DNA of 64,000 nucleotides from Octopus sinensis (taxonomy: Eukaryota), in assembly GCF_006345805.1 (NCBI RefSeq), contig NC_043003.1, positions 100,874,001 to 100,938,000 of the forward strand, read 5' to 3'. A program made the translations under genes and the position numbers. Every line of letters starts with the position of its first letter. The first letter of the stretch is position 1. The notes under the pieces were generated by a model that was given only the letters and a program-made list of their open reading frames with translations, searched no databases and was not told where the DNA came from. This document shows positions 51,608 to 64,000 of this stretch, in pieces.

Positions 51608-53982
51608 TAGGCCTCGAAACCGGTTTTATAAAACTGGTTAAAACCGAAATGAATTTGCCAAAACCGATTTTAATGTTTGCTGTTTCTAATTTTTTTTTGC
51701 AAAGCATTTCTCCATTTTTTCTTTTGAAGAAATATCATTGAAACGGAACTAACTGAACTGTTTTTGCTCGCCTTTAGTTGAGAGTGCTGTCTGTTTCATT
51801 GAAGCATATCGCAACATATCAATTCTCACCTTCTCTCCCCTTGAACCTTAGATCAGCACCTTGTCATTTCCTTCGCTAGCCCCTAGCTGACTCTTTGAAT
51901 TTGGAGTTAACAGAGTTTATTCATTGCAAATTAAGGGGATGCTGTTAGTCTTCAGTCAGGTGATCTTTCCCGTTGAGCATATGTAATAACCAGTTCCAGA
52001 TTCATTTCAAGAAAGTAATACTAATTAAATTTTTCTTATTTATTTCCATTAGCCCTAGCATGATAAAAAGAAAATCAACTGTTTGGAATTTTTTCAATAG
52101 GAAAAACAAAGATGAAGCTCAATGTAATAAGTGTGATAAGATCATGAAGTCTTCTGGAGGATCTACTACATCTCTGATCTTGCACTTGAAGAAAATTCAT
52201 CAAATCAACATAAATCAAGATGCAAACCAGCCTCCTGTGAAAATTACAAGAACAATGGAACACTTTTTAACAAAGAAATCAATGGAAGAAGAAGTTTCAA
52301 AGTTAGCTGCTATAGCTGGATTCTCTTTCAATTCAATCGTCAAAAGCAATTTTATACAGAGAAATCTTCATAGTCAGAGAGGCAAATATGATAAATTACA
52401 ACCAACATCTGCAAACAGAATCAGGAATATGGTAATGAATTATTACATAACCAAGAAAGAAGAACTTATTCATTATTTCGAAAATGAAGTAGTGCTGGGG
52501 ATTCGCTACTCATTGACATTGAATGAATACACATCAATTCAAAATAAATGATATATGAACATAAATGTTCATGGGAAAGACAATCATTGGTCGTTGGGTC
52601 TTATTGAGATCCATGGCTCCCTTGATAGCAGGAGAACAGAGCAATTTGTGAGAGGACATCTTTGTGAATTTGGATTGGATTTGGATATAGACATTGTTGG
52701 CTGGATGATGGATGGTGAAATTCAGAAAACAAAGAAGACTTGATTGCCAACAATGTCTCACACATTGCATACATCTATCTGTGATCAACATTCTCTATCA
52801 AGAAAATATTGAAAATATTGCTTCAACTGATGAGACTGATAAAAAAAGTAAAGAGATCGCTATAACAGATGATAGTGATGATGAAGCTGACATAAGCCAA
52901 CAAGATAAACTTTTCCAAACAGATTTAGCTCACGAAAATGCTTGTTTTCCCCAGCTAAAACCTGAATTTAACAAAAGTTTTAAATAAGGTAAGAAAAATT
53001 TCAAAACTTTTCCGTAAATCTTCAACAAAAAATGAAATTTTGCAAGATTTTGTATGAGCGAACTTTGATAACAGAGAATATAAACTTATACTGGATTGCA
53101 GAACTAGGTGGAATAGCACATTCCATATGATTGAGAGATTTTTGAAATTGAAAAGCTGCATTCCAAATGCTCTACGAGCAGTACTTTCCACAGATGCCGT
53201 AGCTGACGAAGAATGGAAATCTCTCGATTTAATATATGAAATTCTGCATCCAGTAGAAATTATTTTGAAGGCTATTCATGCTGATGGTACGGATTTACTG
53301 AAAGCGGAATATTTTATAGAATTTTTATTGAATAAACTTAATATCGTTGGCAACCCTTTGGCTCTAAATCTGCGTGAATACACACAAGTGCAAGGAAGAA
53401 AATGAATGAAGAGCCCAAGATAGTAACAGATGGATTTGAAATCTCTAAAGAATTCGAATATTTTGAAGCAAATTTGAACAGAAGTGAAAAGCATGAGAAA
53501 CTTTATAGAGCATTGCTTACAAATAAGGAAACTAGTGTCCAGTTGGAAAAATCTTTTTCAATTACTGGACTTTTCAACACAAAAATTAGGACAAGTTTGT
53601 CAGGTAAAACACTGAATGCATTGTGTTTTTTAAAAGATTATTTTCGAAGGAAAGTGAATCATCAAGAAACTTGATTGATTCTCAAAATACAACAATGACT
53701 TGGAAAAATGTTGCATTCCTGATTAAATATAATACCATTATTTTTTGTTAATGTTTGTACATAGATACAGATACAGACACCACCAACATATTTGTGGATA
53801 TCAGTCAACCTGTTACTTTCTCTCTTTCTCTGTGTATGTATATAAGCAAAATACAATATACAACAAACTCCTTCATTACAGGGACACCGCTCTAAATCTG
53901 CGAAAACCAGTTTTCAACCGGTTTTGAGAATTACTTATACTTAAACTCGGTTTTTGGAATTATCAATTTTTTGTGAGCTCTA
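51608..53982 (+). mobile_element. hAT (Ac-like, BED-finger) DNA transposon, 2375 bp, defective transposase
   Basis: A perfect 8-bp TSD GTAGGAGT lies at 51600-51607 and 53983-53990, with TAG...CTA ends. BED finger S.VWNFF..AQCNKC..STTSLILHLKKIH, CRTRWNST, and hATC-like TSVQLEKSFS..IRTSLS..LNALCFLK are present. Subterminal AAACCG/CGGTTT motifs occur at both ends. Confidence 0.93.
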
Positions 53983-54303
53983 GTAGGAGTATAATATTTC
54001 TAGGTATATTGTAGGTTTCTCTTCTATATGTTAGATAAGCATAAAAATTTTATAAACTATTGACTGCTTTTGTTCTGTTATACCTAAACAAACTCAATTG
54101 ATACATTGCCTGTAGCCAATCTTCATTTATGCAGGTATTACATGTCTTCCCTTAATGCAGGAGTTTAGGCACATAGTCAATCTGAGCACTCATCATATGT
54201 ACCAGTTATGCCATTTAACATGTTATTATCCTCAACTAATACACTTTTATAAATTCCTAGGTTAATAAAACTCTTTCTCAGTTAAAGTTGTTGTTATTTT
54301 TAC

Positions 54304-54418
54304 CTTTGCATGGTGCAGAGCAAGGCCACAGTAAACTGCAAATGTTTCAAAAGCTTCTTCATCATCTTTGGTAAAAACTCCATTTAATTTATTTACCATT
54401 TGGACAACACCGATAACT
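54304..54418 (-). CDS. PDE10A: PDE10-like coding exon (end of GAF-B), 115 bp; [38 protein letters not shown]
   Basis: Minus strand reads tttcctag|AGTTATC...GCAAAG|gtaaaa. [10 protein letters not shown] and FAVxCxLALH match PDE10A as recalled. Phase 2 in, phase 0 out. Confidence 0.95.
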
Positions 54419-54582
54419 CTAGGAAATGAAAATAGACGGAATAGTTATGCATAATCAACAAAGCATGAGATAGATGCATAGTGGACACAAGATATGCTGT
54501 GGAAGCAAACACCTATAATGTAGAGAGCTATAAAATTTTAATTAAGTCATGTTACACTCAAATGAGAAGTATCAACCATTGT

Positions 54583-54584
<2 letters not shown>

Positions 54585-54622
<38 letters not shown>

Positions 54623-54690
54623 ATGTATGTATGTATGTATGTATGTATGTATGTATGTATGTATGTATGTATGTATGTATGTATGTATGT
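54585..54690. repeat. (TG)n-(TATG)n microsatellite
   Basis: Seen directly. Confidence 0.95.
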
Positions 54691-55893
54691 GTATTTATAT
54701 AATGTGTGTATAAATAACTAGACCACAACAGTAGGTTATGAATAAATATGTATACAGTGGAATATTCATATGTTGAATAAACTTTTATTTAGTCTGTGCT
54801 TCAGTTTTGCAACACTTACCTCTGTTGTTTGAGGATGCATTGTGAAGTACCCGTTAAGACTTGTACATGTTTGACTAATGGACAAACCATCAGTAAAGGT
54901 AGTTTTTACTGTTCTTTAACTCCAAGTCAGCCATTATTTAGCAGGTAAATGATCAAAGGCATAACTATTCTTTCTTTCATTCAGAAAATAAAAGTACTGT
55001 ATCTAGTGTGATCTTATGTATTGTGTCCTTCCTTTTTTAATGGAGATTTGGCTGTCATTTGTAGCAGGACAAGCAACCCATAAACCCACCTTTATAAGTT
55101 CCGCTGCTCTCATTTACTCAAATAGGAAAGTGAAAATTTTTTTTTTTACTTGTAAGCAAGTTTTCTTTTTCTTTTTAGCAGAACAACTGAAGAAAATGTG
55201 GGTATTTCATTTCTTTCTTATGTAGATAGAGGGGTGAGTAATTACTTGAGAGATTACTTACTATGGTAAACACTCCTCTGTGCAGGAAGATTTACCCATA
55301 AAAAAAGGTAAATGGTAAAATACAAACACACCAATTAGAATTGAATCTTTCACAAAACCTCAAGGTTTCCTTGAGTCAGAATCTTAATTCTAGTTTGAGC
55401 TGATGTGCATGTGGATAGGACACTAATCTGTTGCATATATCACAAGGAAATGAACATTGCACTTGTCAAATTGACAATGCTACTACTGCTTGCAGAGGTG
55501 AAACTACACCAGCCTGAGGCATTTGCTTATAGACAGATTGTCTTGGCCTTTAACATGCTGTAACAGACTACAAACTACCAAAACTTCAGCTGATGTTGGA
55601 TAACTTATGACTCAGTCTTATGCAGCTAGTTCACAAACGTAGTCACTCAATCTGCTAAAAATAACAGTTTGAAAAATAGGGTGAACATGAGTGAAATAAG
55701 TTTGGTCATATGTTTGCCTATACAGGATTGACCTGAAGTTGAATAACAATGACAACAGCTAAAGTAGTAGGTCCTCTAATTATTCAAAGATCAATAACTT
55801 AAAGCCACCTGACTTCAACAAAATTATCAATACATTGGCCTTCTATCTCTGTTCAAAACCATTCTTAAAGGCTGTAAAAACTGATTAACTCAC

Positions 55894-55962
55894 TTTCCTC
55901 GGATGAATATAGGCATACATAAGATGGTTTTTGTGATGTATCCAGTCTTTTGGTCAACATCT
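55894..55962 (-). CDS. PDE10A: PDE10-like phosphodiesterase coding exon (GAF-B), 69 bp, phase 2-2; (R)DVDQKTGYITKTILCMPIFIRG(K)
   Basis: Minus strand reads cactttcag|AGATGTT...CGAGGAAA|gtgagt. The translation resembles the GAF motif EVDxxTGYxTRNILCMPI of PDE10A, and the phase joins the 54418 exon. Confidence 0.92.
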
Positions 55963-57499
55963 CTGAAAGTGAAACAAGAAAAAGACATGTAAACCTTATT
56001 TTTAAATATTATTAAACAATACATAAAATCTTATTATAATAAAGAAATTATAAAGTTTTCTTCCACTTTAAGACAAGAAATCATTATTTTTATGAGCAAA
56101 GCAAAGCCTTGTAGACTAACAGCAATGTTGGAGCCTTACAATATTTGTTCTGGCTCATTATGTTGACTTCAAATCCTGCCAAGGTCAACTTTGCCTTTTC
56201 TTTCTGGAGATCAATAAAACAAAAAAAGAACCAGTCAATCGATTTAATTGATTGACCCTTCCCAAATCTATCACCTCATGCCTATATCAAAAGTTTTGGA
56301 TTGGCAGAATCATTAGAGCCTCAGTCAAAACGGTTTTTGTTCTGGCTCTCAACTTTTTAAGTCCATATGCTGCCAAGATCAGCATTGCCTCTCTTCCTAC
56401 TGGGATTGATAAATAGAGCAGCAATCAAGAACTAGGGAAGGATTAATGGAATTAATTAATGTATCCTTCCCTCACAATTTGTGGCCTTGTGCTTATGTTA
56501 GAAATGTTTAGTGATAGAATTCATTATTTTACTTGAATGATACAATGAATTCTATTACTACCTACAGATGCCATGGCGCTCCTAACTTTGACAGACACTT
56601 ACTAGGGTAGGGGAAAGTTAATACAGATTACTTAAGAGTTAATGATACTGATTTCTAACAAAGATAAAAAAAACACACAAATTTTGGGGGAGAGAACAGT
56701 CAATATACATCGATTCCAGTACTAAACTGATACTTCATTTTATTGACCTTCAGAAAAATGAAAAGCAGTCACTCTAGATTGGGTTTGAACTCAGATCATG
56801 AATAGATAAAACTAAATAGCAAAATGCATCCTGTTCAGTCAATACACAGTGTCTGCCATTTCCCCTCACTTGAAAATTTAAATAATCATTTCTAATTTAG
56901 ACATTAGGCTAACAATTTTGTGGGGAAAGTTAGTTCATACCATCTCCCCAAGTACTTGAGGGGTGCTTTTTATTATTGAACATAAAGCAATGAAAGGTGG
57001 GATTTTAACTCAGAATGTAAAAATCCAGAACAAATACCATAAGACATGTTTTTCAATGTTGTAACAATTTTGCCAATCCTCCACTCGATGATTTAATATC
57101 ACTTTTTCTTTCAAATGACAGGCATAAAACATCTTCATTATGTCAACTTCATATTCTATAAACTGGGCAGTTGCCTACATATTCAATAAGCCAGGCACTC
57201 ACTTACTTGATGCAGTAAGCAATTTTAATTAATTTACACCCTTAGTAAGGGTAACAAATTATTCTTTAAATGACTAATTCTGGTAAAAAAAAAAAAACTT
57301 CAAAATTTTAATCACTTACAAAATTGATTAAATTCAGAAAGCCATAAGTAGAGAATCTGATCCAGGTGAGTTTCAATCCTATCAGACCTAATCATACAAG
57401 CTTAGTCTAACTCATTTTTCAAACTGTGGGTCCCGGCCCTTCAATGGGTCACAAAATAAATAAAGTGGGTCCCAACAAAAAAGAAGGAAAGAAAAAATG

Positions 57500-60400
57500 T
57501 CAATCTGTCCTGAAAAATGGATAACGTGACTGAAGTGACCAACATTCCATCGTCTTTCATGGACATTAATGTCCCCGCATTGCCGAACACTGCAGGAGAG
57601 AGAGAAAGCATTGAATCACGTTCACACACACACACAATTGAACAACGTCAACGCACAACAGTGTTCCAAGCAAACAAGTGGGAAAGGAAAGTAAGAAGAA
57701 TGAACAAATGTCTACTGCCACCACCACTGTCTCCACAACTGCAACCACCACATAGGAAAACTACACAGATCACAAATTTGTAATTTGTACACTCGACATA
57801 GTTAAGAATTATAGGCAGGGTCTCAGTTACTGGAAACTGAACGCATCGTTCACGGCGCGACAGGCCTACAAAGACCAGATTAGTACATTAGTTAAGAGGG
57901 CCTTGGTGGGAAGCATCGTCAACAATAAATGTTGATATGCTCTAAAGAGAACAATTAAAGCAGAATCAGTTAGGTATATAGAAAGACTAGCGATAGATCG
58001 AAACAGAATAGAGGGATACCTAGTTAAGAAATTAGAAGAGGCGTATAGAAGTGGGATCGCGTCCAACGTGCTAGAGGGGAGGTTGGCCCTTAACCAACAC
58101 TTCAACGCCAAATACGAAGGTTGCATTGTGAGAGCTAGGATGCGTGCTCTGAGAAACGAAGGAACTGGAGGCACCCGAGTGGCAGAGGAAAAACTTGGCA
58201 ACAAAGCCACCATTAGGTCTCTGACAGATGAACAGGGGCACGAATTACTCGAGCCCGAAAGGATGTGTTAGACCTTTCAACAGCACTTTGCCCAACTGTT
58301 CGGGACAACTGGGGAGTCAGAACGCAGGGTAGACTTTAGTTCCTACCTGCATGGCCTTCCACGACTCTTGGCAAAAGATGCAGAGTGTTGTGAAAGACCC
58401 ATCACAGCCACCTATATATGGAATGCAATGGCATGCTGCAGAGGAGACCAGTCACCAGGCGTGGATGGTCTGCCCTACGAGCTTTATTGTCATATACCAG
58501 ACTTGTTTGGAGAAGTTTGGGCAATGGTCTACTGCAACTAGCAGCAAAACCGGAGTATCCCCAGTTTTGTGAGCTGAGGAGTGATGGCACTGTTAAAAAA
58601 ATATCCAAGCAAGGGGAGCGTCATAGATAACTTCAGGCCCATCACTCTCTTCAACGCAGGGGTTGGCACTTGTCATCGAGAAACTGGTCGAGAAACTGAA
58701 ACTGGTCGAGAAACTGAAACTTCAAATTGTCATTCGCTACCTGTTCTTTGGAGGTACCATCAAAGCAAGGAAAGAAAGAACAAAGGATATTTCAAAAGAA
58801 GTAACGTTTTTATGGCAAAAGAAATTAAATTTCCCATATTTATCAATTCAAAATGCACAAGAAAAAGTAGAAAAAGTGTTGAATACCTACAATAAACGAG
58901 TAAAACAAGAAAAATACGATTCATTAAAAGGAATTTTTGACATCACAAAAGAAAATGGTGAATGGCTGTGCCGTGAGGATAGGAGGTTATATTATCTTCA
59001 AATTGAAAGCAAGGGACAGGTTGGATATACAACTGGAAAAGCAGCCAGTTCCAAAACTATTCATCTATCCTAAAGAAGAAAAGTGTCCTAAATGCCAGCT
59101 TCAAGCAGAGCAACTCCAGAGCCATCGTCAATGTCTGAAGCAGAGACTGAAAGTGAATATCAGGAGTCCAAAAAATCAGATGAAGAATCCACACAAATAA
59201 GGAGGAAGTACAGCAAAACTGTAACTGCAACCAAGTTAGTAATATCTTCCAAGTTATCAACCTAAAAATTTTATTGAAAAAAAAAACCTATTTTCCTAAA
59301 AGTTACGAGGGAAAAGCTTGGATCTCGTGAATCTTCCGAAGTCCTCTCCCCACCCCCTTGGAAAAGATTTTCCCCACAAATTTCTTTATTATCGTAATGT
59401 ATGCCATTAAAATTTTTTTTTCAATCTGTCCTGAAAAATGGATAACGTGATTGAAGTAACCAACATTCCATCGTCTTTCATGGACATTAATGTCCCCGCA
59501 TTGCCGAACACTGCAGGAGAGAGAGAAAGCATTGAATCACGTTCACACACACACACAATTGAACAACGTCAACGCACAACAGTGTTCCAAGCAAACAAGT
59601 GGGAAAGGAAAGTAAGAAGAATGAACAAATGTCTACTGCCACCACCACTGTCTCCACAACTGCAACCACCACATAGGAAAACTACACAGATCACAAATTT
59701 GTAATTTGTACACTCGACATAGTTAAGAATTATAGGCAGGGTCTCAGTTACTGGAAACTGAACGCATCGTTCACGGCGCGACAGGCCTACAAAGACCAGA
59801 TTAGTACATTAGTTAAGAGGGCCTTGGTGGGAAGCATCGTCAACAATAAATGTTGATATGCTCTAAAGAGAACAATTAAAGCAGAATCAGTTAGGTATAT
59901 AGAAAGACTAGCGATAGATCGAAACAGAATAGAGGGATACCTAGTTAAGAAATTAGAAGAGGCGTATAGAAGTGGGATCGCGTCCAACGTGCTAGAGGGG
60001 AGGTTGGCCCTTAACCAACACTTCAACGCCAAATACGAAGGTTGCATTGTGAGAGCTAGGATGCGTGCTCTGAGAAACGAAGGAATTGGAGGCACCTGAG
60101 TGGCAGAGGAAAAACTTGGCAACAAAGCCACCATTAGGTCTCTGACAGATGAACAGGGGCACGAATTACTCGAGCCCGAAAGGATGTGTTAGACCTTTCA
60201 ACAGCACTTTGCCCAACTGTTCGGGACAACTGGGGAGTCAGAACGCAGGGTAGACTTTAGTTCCTACCTGCATGGCCTTCCACGACTCTTGGCAAAAGAT
60301 GCAGAGTGTTGTGAAAGACCCATCACAGCCACCTATATATGGAATGCAATGGCATGCTGCAGAGGAGACCAGTCACCAGGTGTGGATGGTCTGCCCTACG

Positions 60401-60612
60401 AGCTTTATTGTCATATACCAGACTTGTTTGGAGAAGTTTGGGCAATGGTCTACTGCAACTAGCAGCAAAACCGGAGTATCCCCAGTTTTGTGAGCTGAGG
60501 AGTGATGGCACTGTTAAAAAAATATCCAAGCAAGGGGAGCGTCATAGATAACTTCAGGCCCATCACTCTCTTCAACGCAGGGGTTGGCACTTGTCATCGA
60601 GAAACTGGTCGA
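57500..60612 (+). repeat. Recent direct duplication of 1192 bp (57500-58691 and 59421-60612) separated by a 729-bp unrelated segment
   Basis: Constant offset of 1921 bp; I noticed five substitutions, all transitions. Confidence 0.93.
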
Positions 60613-62340
60613 CAAGGCGCAAACATGCGCCGTGCCGGGCAGAAGTATCCGTAACAACCTCCATCTGATGCGTTACATCATAGACAGGGTAGTTAAGGAA
60701 ACTGGCATGGGTGGGGTGATGATCAATTTGGATCGATCTATCGCTTCTGTACGTATTGATTATGAGCCACTACTGTGAAAGCTGGCAATGCTGAGCGGCA
60801 TCCTACGAGAACTGGGATGTGAGACGAGTGTGTCTGCATGCGCAGACAACGTCACCGTTATAGTATTGAGCCCCAGGCATATCGACCTGGTCGGCGAGAC
60901 ACTAAAAGAGTACGGAGCTGTAACGGGAGTGAAAATTAACCCAGACAAGTCAGTGGACTTGCGACTCGGCACCTGGAAAAGCAAGCCCGTGTTGTCCAAT
61001 AGCGCCTCCATCGCGGGACACTGGACCGACGGACCGGTTAAATTGTTTGGAATCTAGTTCAGATCAGACCTCTAAATGGAGAAGAACTGGAATGAGATAA
61101 CAAATAGGGTAGCCACTCTCACCCAGCAATGGGCCGAGAAGAAGCTATCCCTAAAATGTCAGGCTGAGGTGGCGAATGCGTACATTGCATCTGTCATCTA
61201 TTACCGTCTGACTGTCGTGCTTGTCCCGAACCAACCATCATCAAATTGGAAAGCATACTCTTTCGCTTTTTGTGGAAGGGAAGCATTCCGATGGTTAGGC
61301 GATCCATTTGCTGTCAACACCTGCTAAATGGAGGGCTGGTCCGTGGTTGATAATGCGCATACATGCGCTGAGACTGTGACATCTCCAGCGCTTCATAGAC
61401 GACGGTGAAGTGTGTAGTTGCCGTTTATGAGACACGTTTTCCCGCAGCTTGTCTCTTTGACGGAACTGCAGTTGTAAGTCAGAGACTGAGGCTAGGCGAA
61501 TGGCACCTTGAGTGTGGCTTTGCTCTCGAGCAACTCTGCCGTCCAGAATCAAACTTGTGCGACCTTAATTCCACGAAGGCGTTCTACAGAGGATTAGGGG
61601 AGGTATGATGATGTTCTTTGGGTGACCCTGGGTGTTGACGAGGAATACCTGGTCTGCCTCTTCAGAACCACTTTCGGGCTGGGACCTAAGGACAATTTCC
61701 AGAGATCTCTGACCTGGCAGTGCTATCGGGAAGCATTACCCATTCGGGATAAGTTCTACGGGCACAGTTCACGAAACACCGGACCGACTTGCCCGAGATG
61801 CGGTCAGAGCGTGTAGTGTTCAACCATTTCAGACCTATGGGCTCATGTTGAACAGCTGCTGTCATGTGTAGGATGAATTCGGTCATCGGCTGAGGCTGTC
61901 ATGAATATTGCCTCGCCACCATCCTTTAACCGGGAAGGCAAGGCAGTTTTCATTGGTGTCTATGGTGAAAGAATGTGCGTGATGGACACGTGCGAAATGT
62001 TTAGAGACAAACACTTTCCTCTCTAGCCAATCGTTCATCAGCTTTTTCAAGTACCACTTGAGAAGGAAGGAGAAAATAGAGAGGGAAGTTTTTTGTCATA
62101 AAAGTTTCGATAAAAGGTGGGTGAACGTAGCAAAGATGGTACGCACAAACTACGAAACCACTTTGAGCACGATTCTGTAAATCCAAGAGAGAGAGAGAAA
62201 AAGCACTTTGCTCTTATATGTTTCTTCTCTGCCGTAGTCTTTTTCGTAGACTTGTCTCCTCTGTATTCGGCCCTGCGTGGCTAATAAAGAAATCTACCTA
62301 CCTATCTCTTTCTCTACCTATATACCTACCTACCTACTTA
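59710..62340 (+). mobile_element. L1/Tx1-clade LINE, degenerate, 5'-truncated at the end of the endonuclease; its first part is also duplicated at 57790-58691
   Basis: YWKLNAS, SPGVDGLPYE, NFRPITLFNA, Q.CAVPGRSI..N, CADNVT (YADD-like) and a C-terminal CPRC; ends in (TATC)n-like repeats. Confidence 0.85.
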
Positions 62341-62519
62341 TCTATCTATCTATCTGATTGGCTGTTGTTCGCGTCGTCATATATTTTTCCGTATTTATTT
62401 ATGTATACCTGTATATATTTTTATCAGAAAGGTACCTAATAACATTTACTTGGCCTTGAGAGAAGCTCGCCCGAAGATTTTCCCTTTAAGGGCAAATTTT
62501 CATTTTGCAAAATCTTATC

Positions 62520-62830
62520 TCATAAATATTTTCATCTGTCTGGAAAACAGACATGGACAGTTCAGCAAAAAGTGTCAGCTTTCCTGTGTTCCAGTTAGAA
62601 ATGGAATTTCCACTATTATTATCACCGAACACGTCGAACAGAAAAGAAAACATTGACACACACACACATTTGAATAATACACATACTGATGCAAGCTTTC
62701 CTTCCGAACAAGTGGGAAAGGAAGGCAGAGAGATGAAAAGTGCAACCACTTCTATTACCTCCCCTGTTACTCTTACTGTTACAAAAACCACTACACCAGC
62801 AACAATACAATTGACAAACCGAATAACTTC
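62520..62830 (+). repeat. Diverged relative of the 57500-57790 segment
   Basis: Shared order of motifs: tctgtc..aaaa..atgga / ccgaacac / cacacacaca..ttgaa / gaacaagtgggaaaggaa. Confidence 0.6.
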
Positions 62831-64000
62831 GCTGCTATTTTAAGACAAAAAAGACAGATATATATATATATATTTATAAAACTGAAATGCGAAAAGTTTG
62901 TTTGTTTGTCTGGTTTTTGGCATTAGAACGGGCCACTAGATCCCGTCGGATTGACTCCAAAATTTACAGGGACATGTAAAATGAGGTGAGGATGAGAGTG
63001 GGCTAGGTAAGAAATCCCCATCTTAAAAGGTGTCGTTGCTAGGGCCAAAAACTCACTTTGACAAATCTACTCTCATTCTTTAATGTATCTGTCTTCCTCC
63101 GTCACTCATTCTCTTTCCTCCCTTCCCATCACTTTCTATATATAACGTCGTTAACAGCGTCTAACTCCCCTTCACTTTCTCTTTATAACATCGTCAAAGA
63201 GCGTTCTGTATCTCCCCCTCCTCTCCGCCTTCAACAGCGCTTTCACACACACACTCTCTCTCTCTCTACGTCTGTCTGCATTCATAGACAGAATTATCAT
63301 CGCCACCACCACCACCACACAATCATGAGAACAAATATTATGAATCAGATATTTATTGGGTTAATTTATGTATGTGTGTGTGTGTATTCTATATATGAAT
63401 ATGTATATTAAACTTTTTAATACTTTTTGATAGTTATATATATTCAAAAAAAATAAATAAATATAAATTAATAATTTTCATTTTAAATTTAAATAATTAA
63501 AATTTTAAAATTTTATATTTTATATATTTTGTATATTATATTTTTATTTTTATGTTTTCGTTTATGTTTTTCACTGTTTGATTTGCCTAATAGTGGTTTT
63601 ATCTCTAATTTAATTTATTTGTATATATAATGCGTACACACACACACACACATAATGCTTGCCATGGTGAGTCTACTGTCGTGAGAAACAATCACTTCAA
63701 AACTTGGTGTTTACGAATTTTCTTTCACATCAAGTTCAAATTTTTACGCCAGCCGTTAAACTGCCACTATGTTACTGTCCGTCGTTAAGAAATGCCAGCC
63801 ATGGTGACTCTACTATCCTCAGATTCTATCCTTTCAGACTTTGGTTTCCAATATTTTTAAAATTTTTATTCAGCTCCCAAGTTCGCCTGTCCCTTTTAAA
63901 TGTTAGTGTCTTGCTTTCTGCCTTGAAGCAGACCTTTCCGTTGTCACTGCCTGATATTTATGATTGATTTTTCAAACTACTTTCTTTCTCAACTTACTCA

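Noticed and set aside
62860-63060. Possible Helitron-like end after (TA)n
   Set aside because: The resemblance is motif-level only, with no partner terminus or hairpin confirmed.

Overview
AT-rich, microsatellite-dense eukaryotic DNA, most likely an Octopus/coleoid cephalopod genome. This is inferred from the tRNA-derived SINE types and the RTE/Dong/Penelope content and was not database-checked. The one host gene I can support is a minus-strand PDE10-like dual-GAF cyclic nucleotide phosphodiesterase. Five phase-compatible GT-AG coding exons (55894-55962, 54304-54418, 40646-40785, 21178-21264, 11230-11380; 562 bp) run from the end of GAF-B into the catalytic domain, and the gene continues beyond both window ends. 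Its introns hold the following elements: two Gypsy integrase relics, a solo LTR in a (TA)n tract, several RTE LINEs with a PHD-type finger inside the RT region and a 67-bp hairpin minisatellite in the 3' UTR, a cluster of R4/Dong-type RLE retrotransposons in (TAA)n tracts, three Penelope-like GIY-YIG relics, a BED-finger hAT with a perfect 8-bp TSD, a partly duplicated L1/Tx1-type LINE, and many SINEs. The most notable observations are a 3.6-kb Penelope-derived palindrome with an inverted RT/EN junction, a candidate hammerhead ribozyme with a swapped G3-C8 core, SINE or repeat tails abutting two splice acceptors, and interleaved inverted repeats. Most short ORFs in the supplied track are microsatellite or antisense artefacts. 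Repeat boundaries are approximate unless termini or TSDs are quoted.
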